A stretch of DNA of 64,000 bases from assembly GCA_050506795.1 (NCBI GenBank), contig JBJHCF010000003.1:1-64000 (forward strand). The letters run 5' to 3'. This document shows positions 1-9,176 of this stretch, one piece after another. The stretch's first letter is position 1; each line of letters opens with the position of its first letter. The translations under genes and the position numbers were made by a program. The notes under the pieces were generated by a model. It was not told where the DNA came from, did no database searches, and saw only the letters and a program-made list of their open reading frames with translations. The stretch comes from Opitutia bacterium (lineage in GTDB: Bacteria; Verrucomicrobiota; Verrucomicrobiia; Opitutales; T3Sed10-336).

Positions 1-2
1 GG

Positions 3-890
3 GAAGCGCAAAGCTACATCCAAGCCGGAAAGAAGTGGGTGGTAGACATCGACCTGAAGAGCTTCTTCGACGAGGTCGATCACGACAAACTGATGCACCT
101 GGTACGGCACAAGGTGAAGGATAAAAGGCTGCTGCGGTTAATCGGGGACTATCTTCGAGCACCGATGGTTGGCCCGGATGGAAGCAAGAGGAAACGGACG
201 AAAGGGACCCCGCAAGGCGGTCCGTTATCGCCCCTGCTTGCGAACATCTATCTGGACCCGCTGGACAAGGAACTGGAGGGACGCGGGGTGTCATTCGTGC
301 GATACGCCGACGACATCGCGATCTTCGCGGCAAGCGAACGTTCCGCCAAACGTATCCTGGAAAGCGTGATAGGCTGGATCGAAAAGCATCTGAAGGTACC
401 CGTAAACCGTGAAAAGAGCGGGAGCGGGCCGACCGACGAAAGCGCCCTGCTGGGCTTTCGCCTTTACTCGGACGGCCGCATTGGGGTCTCCCCCAAGTCG
501 ATCGAAAGGATGAAGGTGAAAGTCCGCCAATTATGGGAGGCGCGACAAAACCGAACGAGCGAGCAACTGCGCGAGCAATGGCGGCGCTACATCAGCGGCT
601 GGTGGAACTACTTCGGACTCGCCGACTGGCGCCGGGAAGTGGAAGACCTTAGCGGATGGATCCGTCGCCACATACGCAAATGCTTCTGGCAACGTTGGAA
701 AACGCCGCGGGGGCGGAAGAAAGCCCTGCGCCGACTCGGAGTCAAAGGCCGAGCTCTTGGCAATGCGTATTGCCGAGCCGGAGCGTGGCCGATGTCCCGC
801 CACTGGGTGATGAACCAGGCACTGAAGAACCGGACCTTGGAACGCCACGGGTTTATCCTGCCGTGGACCATCGCGGAGGCACACCCATGA
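3..890 (+). CDS. ltrA: Group II intron reverse transcriptase/maturase (5'-truncated by window edge), no C-terminal endonuclease domain
   Basis: Frame open from position 3 (EAQSYIQAGKKWVVDIDLKSFFD). RT motifs GTPQGGPLSPLLANIYL and RYADD, then maturase X domain (GWWNYF). Stop at 888-890 immediately before intron domain V. Confidence 0.95.
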   Translation, partial: EAQSYIQAGKKWVVDIDLKSFFDEVDHDKLMHLVRHKVKDKRLLRLIGDYLRAPMVGPDGSKRKRTKGTPQGGPLSPLLANIYLDPLDKELEGRGVSFVRYADDIAIFAASERSAKRILESVIGWIEKHLKVPVNREKSGSGPTDESALLGFRLYSDGRIGVSPKSIERMKVKVRQLWEARQNRTSEQLREQWRRYISGWWNYFGLADWRREVEDLSGWIRRHIRKCFWQRWKTPRGRKKALRRLGVKGRALGNAYCRAGAWPMSRHWVMNQALKNRTLERHGFILPWTIAEAHP

Positions 891-905
891 CCTCCGCCGG
901 GTTCA

Positions 906-981
906 ACCGCCGGATGCGGAAAACCGCATGTCCGGTGGTGTGGAAGGGCTGCGGGGCGCAATCCCCGCAGCCCCATCCGAT
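906..981 (+). ncRNA. Group II intron catalytic domains V and VI
   Basis: Stem ACCGCCGGA/TCCGGTGGT, upper stem TGCGG-AAAA-CCGCA, 2-nt bulge; DVI hairpin and AY 3' terminus. Confidence 0.9.
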
Positions 982-1002
982 CAGAGGAACGGTCGATCCT
1001 AT

Positions 1003-1253
1003 TAGCCTGAATGCCAATTGGTTAAGGCGGTTCATCGTTTGATGAAGCAAAAAATACAACGGCAATTGGGCTCACACGGAGCCACAAAGTCACAGAGATT
1101 TTTACCGGACCCAACTCCGTGAGCTCCGTGGCTCCGTGTGAGAACGTTCACAGGTCAGCAATGCTTTAAAACCACGTCTGTTTTTTGGTGAACTTGCCAC
1201 AGTTGGACCCCGCTCCTACGGTCAAGGACCATAACCGAGTGCCATTCCGGCTA
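1003..1253. mobile_element. MITE-like element with 22-bp imperfect terminal inverted repeats, containing REP-like palindromes
   Basis: Left end TAGCCTGAATGCCAATTGGTTA vs reverse complement of right end TAGCCGGAATGGCACTCGGTTA (18/22). Sub-terminal GGTTCATCGTTTGA shared with copies at 45516-45660 and ~53470-53516. Confidence 0.6.
1071..1142. repeat. Long palindrome built from 8-9-nt CACGGAG units
   Basis: CTCACACGGAGCCACAAAGTCACAGAG ... CTCCGTGAGCTCCGTGGCTCCGTGTGAG. The same unit is repeated three times at 53616-53638. Confidence 0.8.
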
Positions 1254-1515
1254 GCCTGAGACTCGCGACGTGGGCCATTCATCGGAGTATTCGCTGATGA
1301 TGGAAACTTAGGTGTTTTTGCGTGAGGTTCGGATCGTCGAATATGAAGATTGACCTCTTAACCTCATGCGGTAGAGAATTAACCTAAACCCTCCGAAAGA
1401 AATCGGAAGGTTGTATTATCGACCTGATTTTAACCTATACTCCTTAGCTTCCAACATAGAACGCCAGCTTCCTGCTCGGTGAATCGTGTATCGGGTCGGT
1501 GCCGGAAGGATCATC

Positions 1516-2226
1516 ATGAACGCCAAACCATCGAGCACCTTTTCTTTAACCGAACTCCTTACGATGATCGCGGTTGTCGGTACCTTGATTTCCATTTCGA
1601 TTCCCGTCGTATCCACTGGCCGGGAGTCCGCCGACAGAGCCGTGTGTATGAGCAACCTGAGAGAGATTGCCATGGCGGTGATGCATTACGCGCGAGACAA
1701 CGAAGGGTACCTGCCGGCGGCCAATTGGCAGGGTCCAACTATCAGTAGGCCAGGATGGCTTTATACGGGACCGCTCACCGGAGAGGAGGCCCACGTGGAT
1801 CCCGTCGCGCATCTCATGGAGGGGCAGCTTTGGCCCTATTTGGAGCGCCCGGAGGTCTATCGCTGCCCAACGGATTGGCGGGAATTTGACACGCCGTTGT
1901 TTCAGGCGCGCGACCAGCAGCTCTCGAGTTATGTCATGAACGGCTCCGTGCAAGGTTATTTCCAGGGTCCCGTGTTTCGTGTGGACGACTTCAGGCCCGA
2001 TGCGATCATTTTATGGGAGGGTGACGAACGGTTACCGTTCTATTTCAACGATGGTTCCGTCTTCCCGGATGAAGGTGTGTCACTCCGCCACGGGTACGGC
2101 GGTCATGCCGCCGGTATCAACGGTCACGTCGAATGGCTCAGCGAAGCGGAGTGGAATGTTGAAAGGTCGAGACGGCCCGGCCGACTCTGGAATAATCCGC
2201 TGACCCCGTCCGGTGGTGGATCATAG
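1516..2226 (+). CDS. Prepilin-type N-terminal cleavage/methylation domain protein (DUF1559/H-X9-DG-like)
   Basis: N-terminal FSLTELLTMIAVVGTL, CMSNLREI..A..HY..DN.GYLP, YRCPTD, SYVMNG, and RHGYGGHAAGINGHVEW (H-X9-NG variant). Confidence 0.85.
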   Translation: MNAKPSSTFSLTELLTMIAVVGTLISISIPVVSTGRESADRAVCMSNLREIAMAVMHYARDNEGYLPAANWQGPTISRPGWLYTGPLTGEEAHVDPVAHLMEGQLWPYLERPEVYRCPTDWREFDTPLFQARDQQLSSYVMNGSVQGYFQGPVFRVDDFRPDAIILWEGDERLPFYFNDGSVFPDEGVSLRHGYGGHAAGINGHVEWLSEAEWNVERSRRPGRLWNNPLTPSGGGS

Positions 2227-2305
2227 GTTCCGAATCCGAAGGTGATTGTTGAAGAGACTTTCTTAAGCAGCGTTTTGTTGTGCACCGATCTTAATTGTGA
2301 ATTCC

Positions 2306-5300
2306 ATGGATAATCGAACCGCCTCCAAATTGCTTTTATTCCTCGTTTTTGTATCCCTGCCGCTCCCGAAACCGGCGAATGCGGATTTTCTCGAGGAATG
2401 GCATCGCTACCCGGTTTTTTCGGAAGCATCCGCTTTTTCAGCGATTTCTGACGGAAGCACGGGGCTTGTTGCCGTGGGTTCGAACGGCGCGCTGGCAACG
2501 AGCTTGGATGGTGAAAGCTGGACGTTTCGCGATTCCGGAACGTCGGCGAATTTGACGGATATTGCCTACGGCGCGGGCGTGCATGTGGCTGTAGCGAACG
2601 GAAAACTGGCTCCGGATTCCACGCCTTTTGGCACGGTTGTGACCAGTTCGGACGGCATCGTTTGGGAGGCGCGCCGGGTGGACTTCGTTCCCCGCGCCCT
2701 GGCCTTTGGCGGCGGACGGTTTGTGGCCGTTAGCCGGACCGGATTGTATGTGAGTGAGGATGGAGAGAGTTGGGTGAAGACCGCGGACGGGGACGACGAA
2801 GGCGGCCCGTGGGAGGATGTCATTTATGCGGACGGAATGTTTGTGGCGGTCGGTGCAGGGCGTCTATCCACCAGTGCCGATGGAAACGCGTGGAATTCAC
2901 CCCCCGATTACGTCCACGAGGAGGGAGATCATCTCGAAGTCATTGCTTTCGGCAATGGCTGGTTTTTTGCCATTGGAAGCACAGTGGACCAAGGCCTCGC
3001 GGTACAAAGTACGGATGGTGTGCAGTGGGTTCGCAGGACGGCATGGAACCAACACCAGTTTTTCGGCTTCGAATACGTTGACCGGGTCAACCGGTTTTTC
3101 GCCTGGGACGAAGAACGATACTATCGTCCCACCCCTTCAAGTGGGCAGGGTTCTGTTCTTTGGGGTGCTCAGATCAAGCCGGTTCCCTTTAACGGATTGG
3201 CTTCATCGGGTCCGGAAGTATTGGCAGTCGGAGACAAGCTGTCCATCTGGCGGGCAACCATGCCCTCACAGACCGACCAGTTGCCTCGGGCGGACGGTTG
3301 GGTGCGGTTGATGAGCCATAACGGCTGGAGGGAAACGATCCGGAGCATCGGATTTGCCAACGGACGAACCTTGCTGGTCGGGGACCAGGGCTTGATCGTC
3401 ACCACGTTGGACGGAAATTCCTGGAGCATCCTGGACCCGGGGGTAACGGCGGACCTCAATGGAGTCGTGTATCATGCGGGACAATGGGTCGCGGTGGGAG
3501 AGGACGGTATCGTTCTCACCAGTGCGGATGGTGTGGGATGGAGCGAGCAGAATACGTCGATCGCCGGGCACCTGAACGCGGTCGCCTCCGGCGGCACATC
3601 GCTCGTGGCGGTGGGCGATGATGGCGCGATTTTTGCCAGCGGGGACGGGACGAACTGGAGTCCGGGCAACGCAAACGTTTCAGGGGACCTGAATGGGGTG
3701 GCCTTTGGAGACGGTCGCTTCGTGGCGGTCGGGGCTTCCGGCGCCATCCTGACAAGCGTCGACGCTTTCGACTGGACTCAGGTGGAACCGAAGTGGCCGG
3801 GGACGCTCATGTCGGTGACCTTTGGCGACGGACGATTTGTAGCGGTGGGGACGGAGGGAACCGTGGTTACCAGCGAGGACGGAATAACGTGGAGTTATCA
3901 GGATTCCGGATACGACCTGCGATCCGTCAGCTTCGGCGACGGGTATTTTGTCGCGGCCCCGCTTGAGGACTCCCCCGGAGACGGTGATCTCCTCGAAGGC
4001 GTTGTGATTGTGAGCCGGGACGGCTTGGAGTGGGAAGTGCGGCCGACCCGGACAATTTGCCCGGTCTCGGCCACTGGATACGGGCATGGGCGTTTTCTGA
4101 TCGGCGCTGAGAACGGTATGCTCTTGTATTCGAAGGTTGTCGAAGTGACTCCGGAAAAAATCGATATGCCGTCCGCCGGAGGGAGCTACGATATCGAAGT
4201 GACCGGCGCCGAAAACTGGACGGTTACCGGTTTGCCCACATGGGTCTCGGTGGATCCGATGGAAGGCGAGGGGGATGGTGAGATTTCGGTTGTGTTGGAG
4301 GAAAATTCCGGCGTGCAGGACCGGGTCGTGACTGTTGTCATTGGCAGCGTACCCCACGAATTGCGGCAGTTCGGCGCCAGCCATTCACTGAGTGTGTCGG
4401 TACTGGGCGAGGGAGGAGTGTCGTTTGATCCCGATCCGGAAGGCCAACGTCTTCCAGCCGGGTCCGTTTTGACTCTCTCCGCGGAACCGCGAGACCGTTT
4501 TCTCGGTTGGTCGGGTCCGGGGATTGACGGAATCATCGATGCGACGATCGAGATTGCCGTCGAATCGGATCTGGACGTAACCGCACACTTTGCGACACCG
4601 ACTACCCACTTATACGCGATAGCGAATTACAATGATCGATCGTATGTGGGCGGCAGTTCAAACCGGATTCTGCAATCCGGGCCGGCAGGGCCATGGCAAC
4701 TGGTTGAAGAGGGTTTGGAGCATCGCGTGTGGGCGGGACTCGCGGCCGGTGCGGACCGGATCGTCGCGGTGGAAAACAATGGAGGCATTGCCGTATCCGA
4801 GGACGGCGAGAAGTGGCAAAACGCGTGGGGGATCAACGCGCGTCTGTGGGATGTCGTCCACGAGGCGGGATATTTTTGGGCGTTTGGAGATCAGGGGCGC
4901 CTGTTCCGGTCCGAGAACGGGCTGCATTGGGATGAACTCGCGACCGGTACTTCGGCGAACCTGAGGGGAATGGCTTACGACGGCGGAACGTTTGTCGTTG
5001 TCGGGGAGGGAGGGGTTGTCCTGACGTCGCCGGACGGCCTTGCCTGGACCGAACAATCTCTTGATCCGGAATGGAATATAGGGGACGTCACCGTCGGTCC
5101 GGAAGGGTTTGTGGCGGTTGCCGACGCGGATACAGGCATTGTTCTGCGGTCGGTTGACGGCGTTTCGTGGTCGTCCTCGGTGTTAGAGCGACGTCCCTTA
5201 TCAGCGATCGCGTTCGGGAATGGGCGTTACGTCGTAGCGGGCGGATCCGGGGGGCGGCTGGCGACGTTCGTTTCAGACGATGCTGAGACCTGGGAGAAGG

Positions 5301-7000
5301 CGGAAATCCCCCTCTCCACGACGCTGCTGCGAGTGATACACGATGGCGAGCGTTTCATCGCGTCGGGCCTGTTTGGGTCCGTTTTGTCGTCCGCGAATGG
5401 ATTGGACTGGAAGATCCTGCGTTCGGAACTCAAGTCGAGCCTTTGGGCAGTGGATAAGGATTCCGCCGGGAACCTGGTGGCAGTGGGTGAGGCCGGGCGG
5501 ATCCGGGAACGCGGGGAGGAAGGCGAGTGGCGGACGTCGTCGGCGCGATCCTCCGCCTGGCTGTGGGATGTGGTTTCCCATGGCAAACGTTCGATTGCGG
5601 TGGGGGATCGAGGACGGATTCTCCGATCCGACGACGGGGGGCCATGGGAGGTGGTTAGGAATGGCGAAGTGGAATCCGGAGATGGCGACGACCTTCCCAT
5701 CCCCGCACTGCGAGCGATCACTCACGGCAACGGGAGGTTTGTCGCTGTAGGCGATGGTGAGGCAGTGATCTCTGAAGATGGTGATACGTGGACCCCGGCG
5801 CCCTTGCCGGCACTCGTGACGTATTGGTCGGTCGCCTACGGTAATGGACGCTTTGTCGCGGCCGGGGAGAACGGGGCCGCGGCAAGTTCGGTGGACGGAA
5901 TTACCTGGGAGACGATTCCATTTGAGGAAACCGCCTCGCTTCACGCGGTGGCGTATCACCAGGACAGCGGTTTCTCCATCGGAGGAGCTAACGGCTTTCG
6001 CGCGCATTCGCCGGATGGAGTTGATTGGCAGGTGGTCGCGCCGGACGATGACGATGGAATGGAGGACGACCCTTTCGTTCGAATGGAGACGGTCTGGGAG
6101 GCGACCGAGAGCGGTACGGGATGGTTCGTTTCCGTGGGGGGAGAAACGCGTGCGGTCCTGTTCACTCCGGGCGGGGTGGATGCGCCTAAGGAGACCGTCA
6201 TCGAAGTTTCCGCTGACGGAAAGCACTGGGAGCGCCTCGATTATCCCAAGAATGAATGGCTTTACGATGTTATTGCCGGCCCCTGGGGAGCGACGGCGGT
6301 CGGTCATTCCGGGACGATCTACGAGTTCATTCTACCCCCGTTGGTTCGGAATCAGGTAGCGGATCTGTCGCTTTCGCCGGGCGACGAGGCTTTTTTTTGG
6401 GCGGAACCGGGAGGTACCCCGCCGTTTGAATACGCATGGAGCAGAGACGGCGAGACACTTCCTGGGGCTGATGAAACGAATTACGTCATTTCCAGCGTCA
6501 ACAGGGGAGATATCGGAGGATACCGCCTGGAAGTGCGAAACCCGGCCGGAATCGCACAAGGCGAGCCGATCCTTCTGGCGGTTGTGACGCATTTCGAAGA
6601 CTGGCTGGAAACGTATCAGGCGGAGTTGCCTGAGGGAGAGCGTGCTCCAGGGGACGATCCGTACAACACAGGGATTCCCAACCTCCTTGCGTACTCTCTC
6701 GATCATCCGCCGGGCCTGTCCCGGAGTGACCTGCCTTTCGCTTCGGTTCATAGGCTGACTGTGGACGGCGTGGAGGGCGATTTTGTGACGTTTACTTTCA
6801 CCCGAAGCATCGGAACCGATGACTTAATATATCATCCGGAAGTGTCGAGTGACATGGAAAGCTGGGATCCGTTGCCCCCGGCGAACGTGGTCAGTATTGT
6901 CCGGGAGGGAAGCCGGGAGACCGTTACCGTCCGCGATGTTGCAATGATCGAGGAATTGAACCGATCACGGTTCTTTCGCGTGAGATTGGAGAAGAAATAG
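2306..7000 (+). CDS. Large secreted/surface protein: many BNR/YCF48-like beta-propeller repeats, BACON-like and B-repeat-like modules, Ig domain, C-terminal RFFRVR domain
   Basis: Signal peptide; more than 20 copies of (F/Y)G.G.FVAVG..G.I.TS.DG..W; Ig motif GTPPFEYAWSRDG...DIGGYRLEVRNPAG; ends RFFRVRLEKK. Alternative start GTG 2297. Confidence 0.85.
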   Translation: MDNRTASKLLLFLVFVSLPLPKPANADFLEEWHRYPVFSEASAFSAISDGSTGLVAVGSNGALATSLDGESWTFRDSGTSANLTDIAYGAGVHVAVANGKLAPDSTPFGTVVTSSDGIVWEARRVDFVPRALAFGGGRFVAVSRTGLYVSEDGESWVKTADGDDEGGPWEDVIYADGMFVAVGAGRLSTSADGNAWNSPPDYVHEEGDHLEVIAFGNGWFFAIGSTVDQGLAVQSTDGVQWVRRTAWNQHQFFGFEYVDRVNRFFAWDEERYYRPTPSSGQGSVLWGAQIKPVPFNGLASSGPEVLAVGDKLSIWRATMPSQTDQLPRADGWVRLMSHNGWRETIRSIGFANGRTLLVGDQGLIVTTLDGNSWSILDPGVTADLNGVVYHAGQWVAVGEDGIVLTSADGVGWSEQNTSIAGHLNAVASGGTSLVAVGDDGAIFASGDGTNWSPGNANVSGDLNGVAFGDGRFVAVGASGAILTSVDAFDWTQVEPKWPGTLMSVTFGDGRFVAVGTEGTVVTSEDGITWSYQDSGYDLRSVSFGDGYFVAAPLEDSPGDGDLLEGVVIVSRDGLEWEVRPTRTICPVSATGYGHGRFLIGAENGMLLYSKVVEVTPEKIDMPSAGGSYDIEVTGAENWTVTGLPTWVSVDPMEGEGDGEISVVLEENSGVQDRVVTVVIGSVPHELRQFGASHSLSVSVLGEGGVSFDPDPEGQRLPAGSVLTLSAEPRDRFLGWSGPGIDGIIDATIEIAVESDLDVTAHFATPTTHLYAIANYNDRSYVGGSSNRILQSGPAGPWQLVEEGLEHRVWAGLAAGADRIVAVENNGGIAVSEDGEKWQNAWGINARLWDVVHEAGYFWAFGDQGRLFRSENGLHWDELATGTSANLRGMAYDGGTFVVVGEGGVVLTSPDGLAWTEQSLDPEWNIGDVTVGPEGFVAVADADTGIVLRSVDGVSWSSSVLERRPLSAIAFGNGRYVVAGGSGGRLATFVSDDAETWEKAEIPLSTTLLRVIHDGERFIASGLFGSVLSSANGLDWKILRSELKSSLWAVDKDSAGNLVAVGEAGRIRERGEEGEWRTSSARSSAWLWDVVSHGKRSIAVGDRGRILRSDDGGPWEVVRNGEVESGDGDDLPIPALRAITHGNGRFVAVGDGEAVISEDGDTWTPAPLPALVTYWSVAYGNGRFVAAGENGAAASSVDGITWETIPFEETASLHAVAYHQDSGFSIGGANGFRAHSPDGVDWQVVAPDDDDGMEDDPFVRMETVWEATESGTGWFVSVGGETRAVLFTPGGVDAPKETVIEVSADGKHWERLDYPKNEWLYDVIAGPWGATAVGHSGTIYEFILPPLVRNQVADLSLSPGDEAFFWAEPGGTPPFEYAWSRDGETLPGADETNYVISSVNRGDIGGYRLEVRNPAGIAQGEPILLAVVTHFEDWLETYQAELPEGERAPGDDPYNTGIPNLLAYSLDHPPGLSRSDLPFASVHRLTVDGVEGDFVTFTFTRSIGTDDLIYHPEVSSDMESWDPLPPANVVSIVREGSRETVTVRDVAMIEELNRSRFFRVRLEKK

Positions 7001-7090
7001 GCAGGAGAGTCCAGACCCACTCCGGATTCGGGTTTATCGTATCCGAAAGCCTAGATTGACTTTCTCGTCTGAAGCGGAGTCTATAAAATC

Positions 7091-8185
7091 ATGACAAGTC
7101 GCGCTTTCCTTCTTTCGTTTCTGATTTTCGTCGCGGCTGTTTTTGCTGCCTGCCGGCATCATTACGTCGAGCATGGGCAACCGGTCGCGGTTCATTTGCA
7201 CGAGTGGAGTGAACTTGCCGCGGATGGCTGGGTGGTTTCCGGAAGTTGGACTGTTGCGGATGATACCAGGGATCCGTGGAGGCGGTTGGAAGGCGCCTTG
7301 TGGCGTATCGAACTGGAGTATTCCCCAGGCAGTAGTCGGATAGGGAGCCATTATCACCGATCGGCGGAGTGGAGGGAAAGGTTCTCGGTGGATACGGATG
7401 GCACCGCCCGGTACCATCAGGAAGCGTTTGCCATCACGTTCTTTCCGGACGGCCGGGCGGAGCTTGTGTTTGATGAGGACCACCTGCAGGAACTGGGCGA
7501 TTTGGTTCCCTTTGAGGACACCTTCCAAAACCGGAGCTACCTCGTTCTTAACAATCTTTCGCTGGACTCTATTCGTGCCCTGATCAGTGCCGGCTATCAG
7601 GTGACTTTTGAGGACCTGCAGGTGTTGCATCGTGGGGGGGTGAGTCCGGTTTTTGCGGTCGATATCGCCGCCGCGGGTTACCGATTTTCGGTTGCCGACC
7701 TCGTCCAGTTGCGACGTAGTGGCGTCTCGGCGAGTTTTGCAAAAGACTTGCGGGAAGGAGGCTGGGAACTCACCGCCGATGAATTGACGCAACTGCGGCG
7801 CTCTGGCGTTTCAGCGGATCATGCCAATGGGATGCGTGAAGTCCTCTCCGATCCGACCGTTCAGGAGATTATCGCGCTGCGGCGCAGCGGCGTTTCGGCC
7901 GGCTATGCCCGGGAACTGTACGAGGCGGGTTATGCTTTTGGCAGCGAGGATCTGATTGCTCTCCGTCGCTCCGGAGTGAGTTCTCAGTACGCGCGCGAGG
8001 TTCGGGACGCCGGATATATCTTTTCAGCGGAAGAATTGATAAGCTTGCGACGGGCAGGTGTATCATCCAGGTTCCTTGCCGACTTGCAGAGTGAAGGCAT
8101 TCCTCAATATCCCGTGGAGTCATTAATCGAATTTCGGCGCCGCGGATTGTCGGCTCAGACAATTCGAATGATCAGGGAGCATTAG
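7091..8185 (+). CDS. Putative lipoprotein with about seven tandem 28-aa helical repeats
   Basis: Hydrophobic leader ending FAAC; repeat consensus xxxLIxLRRSGVSxxYAxxxxxxGY in the C-terminal half. Confidence 0.75.
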   Translation: MTSRAFLLSFLIFVAAVFAACRHHYVEHGQPVAVHLHEWSELAADGWVVSGSWTVADDTRDPWRRLEGALWRIELEYSPGSSRIGSHYHRSAEWRERFSVDTDGTARYHQEAFAITFFPDGRAELVFDEDHLQELGDLVPFEDTFQNRSYLVLNNLSLDSIRALISAGYQVTFEDLQVLHRGGVSPVFAVDIAAAGYRFSVADLVQLRRSGVSASFAKDLREGGWELTADELTQLRRSGVSADHANGMREVLSDPTVQEIIALRRSGVSAGYARELYEAGYAFGSEDLIALRRSGVSSQYAREVRDAGYIFSAEELISLRRAGVSSRFLADLQSEGIPQYPVESLIEFRRRGLSAQTIRMIREH

Positions 8186-8453
8186 GTGATGCGCGTAGGG
8201 ACGGATGGAATCGGGTTTGTTTGGGACGATTCAGGCGCAATGTTTCCGCGGTGAGGGCCTCGTTTCTCATACTGTAAGATCACGTCATCCTCTACTTTAC
8301 GGCAATTCTCTTGATGCTTATGTTCAGAAAACCCTTCGGGTTCCGTATCGAATGAGAAGCTTCGGGTCGATTGTAAGTGCGCCGGTCCGGCAGATCCCCG
8401 TTTCGGGGTTCGAGCAGTCATCCGGTACAAGCCAGTGATGAAAGAGAAAATCT

Positions 8454-8777
8454 ATGAAGAAAACACGTTGGACAGGATTAATCGCCAGTTTGCTATTGTT
8501 TTTGGGAGTTGCCGCGTATGGTGAAGAGAGGTCCGAGAGGATCGTCGTATCCCGGGAGGTCGTGGGCGAGGATGGCAGAGTTTTCGAATACGAAAGACCC
8601 GTCATAGGGGCTGACATTTCATGGGTCCCATCACAGGAAGACAGGGGGATGGTCTTTTCCGATAAGGGAGTCGAGAAGGACGTGCTGGAGATACTCGCGG
8701 ACAATAGGTTCAACTGGATAAGGCTTCGCCTGTTTGTCGACCCAACCGCGGAGAAGGTTTCAGTTTACGTGTTTTAG
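8454..8777 (+). pseudogene. Truncated glycoside hydrolase family 53 (endo-beta-1,4-galactanase), N-terminal fragment
   Basis: Signal peptide, GADISWV and ILADNRFNWIRLRLFVDP match the GH53 N-terminus. Stops after 107 aa, just before REP-like sequences. Confidence 0.75.
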
Positions 8778-8854
8778 AGGAGAAACCGCAGACCGAAACG
8801 TAGCCTCGGCGCTTCCGTGCTCGGCATCCCAAACCCGCTCCCCGCGGTCGCTCA

Positions 8855-8899
8855 ACCGTAGCGCCGTTCTTCAGACGGCGTCTCCAACCGGCCGACAAA
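8855..8899 (+). repeat. GTAG-type REP-like element (copy 1)
   Basis: ACCGTAGCGCCGTTCTTCAGACGGCGTCTCCAACCGGCCGACAAA: GTAG plus CGCCG/CGGCG hairpin; 41/45 identical to 53520-53564. Confidence 0.75.
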
Positions 8900-9176
8900 A
8901 CGCCCGCTTCCAAATCCGGGCCCCGCCTTGTGCGCACACCGTCTCCATAGGTCGCGGCAAACTTTATTAAAGGGGAAACCGACAGCCCCAACACCATGGG
9001 TATTATGAAGTCCAAAAAACTATATCGCTATTCCGTCATTGCGAATGGGTATCTTCCGGGGGGACCGTCTTTCTGGTCTTATCGCCTCTTTCAGGAACTT
9101 TCGTCGGATCGCGCTGGAGATCTGCTCCGCGCCAATGACGACTACAAAGGGCGGATCTGTACAACCTCGCTAACTG

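Larger units (their letters stand above)
1..981 (+). mobile_element. Group II intron, 3' part (class IIC-like)
   Basis: RT ORF followed by domain V (906-939, ACCGCCGGATGCGGAAAACCGCATGTCCGGTGGT, CGC triad) and domain VI (CTGCGGGG-CGCAAT-CCCCGCAG, bulged A near 975), ending CCGAT at 981. Confidence 0.9.

Noticed and set aside
3..890. RT as retron, DGR or defence RT
   Set aside because: YADD, maturase domain and directly adjacent intron domains V/VI identify a group II intron.
8182..8438. Short ORFs on both strands between the repeat lipoprotein and GH53
   Set aside because: No motifs or convincing starts.
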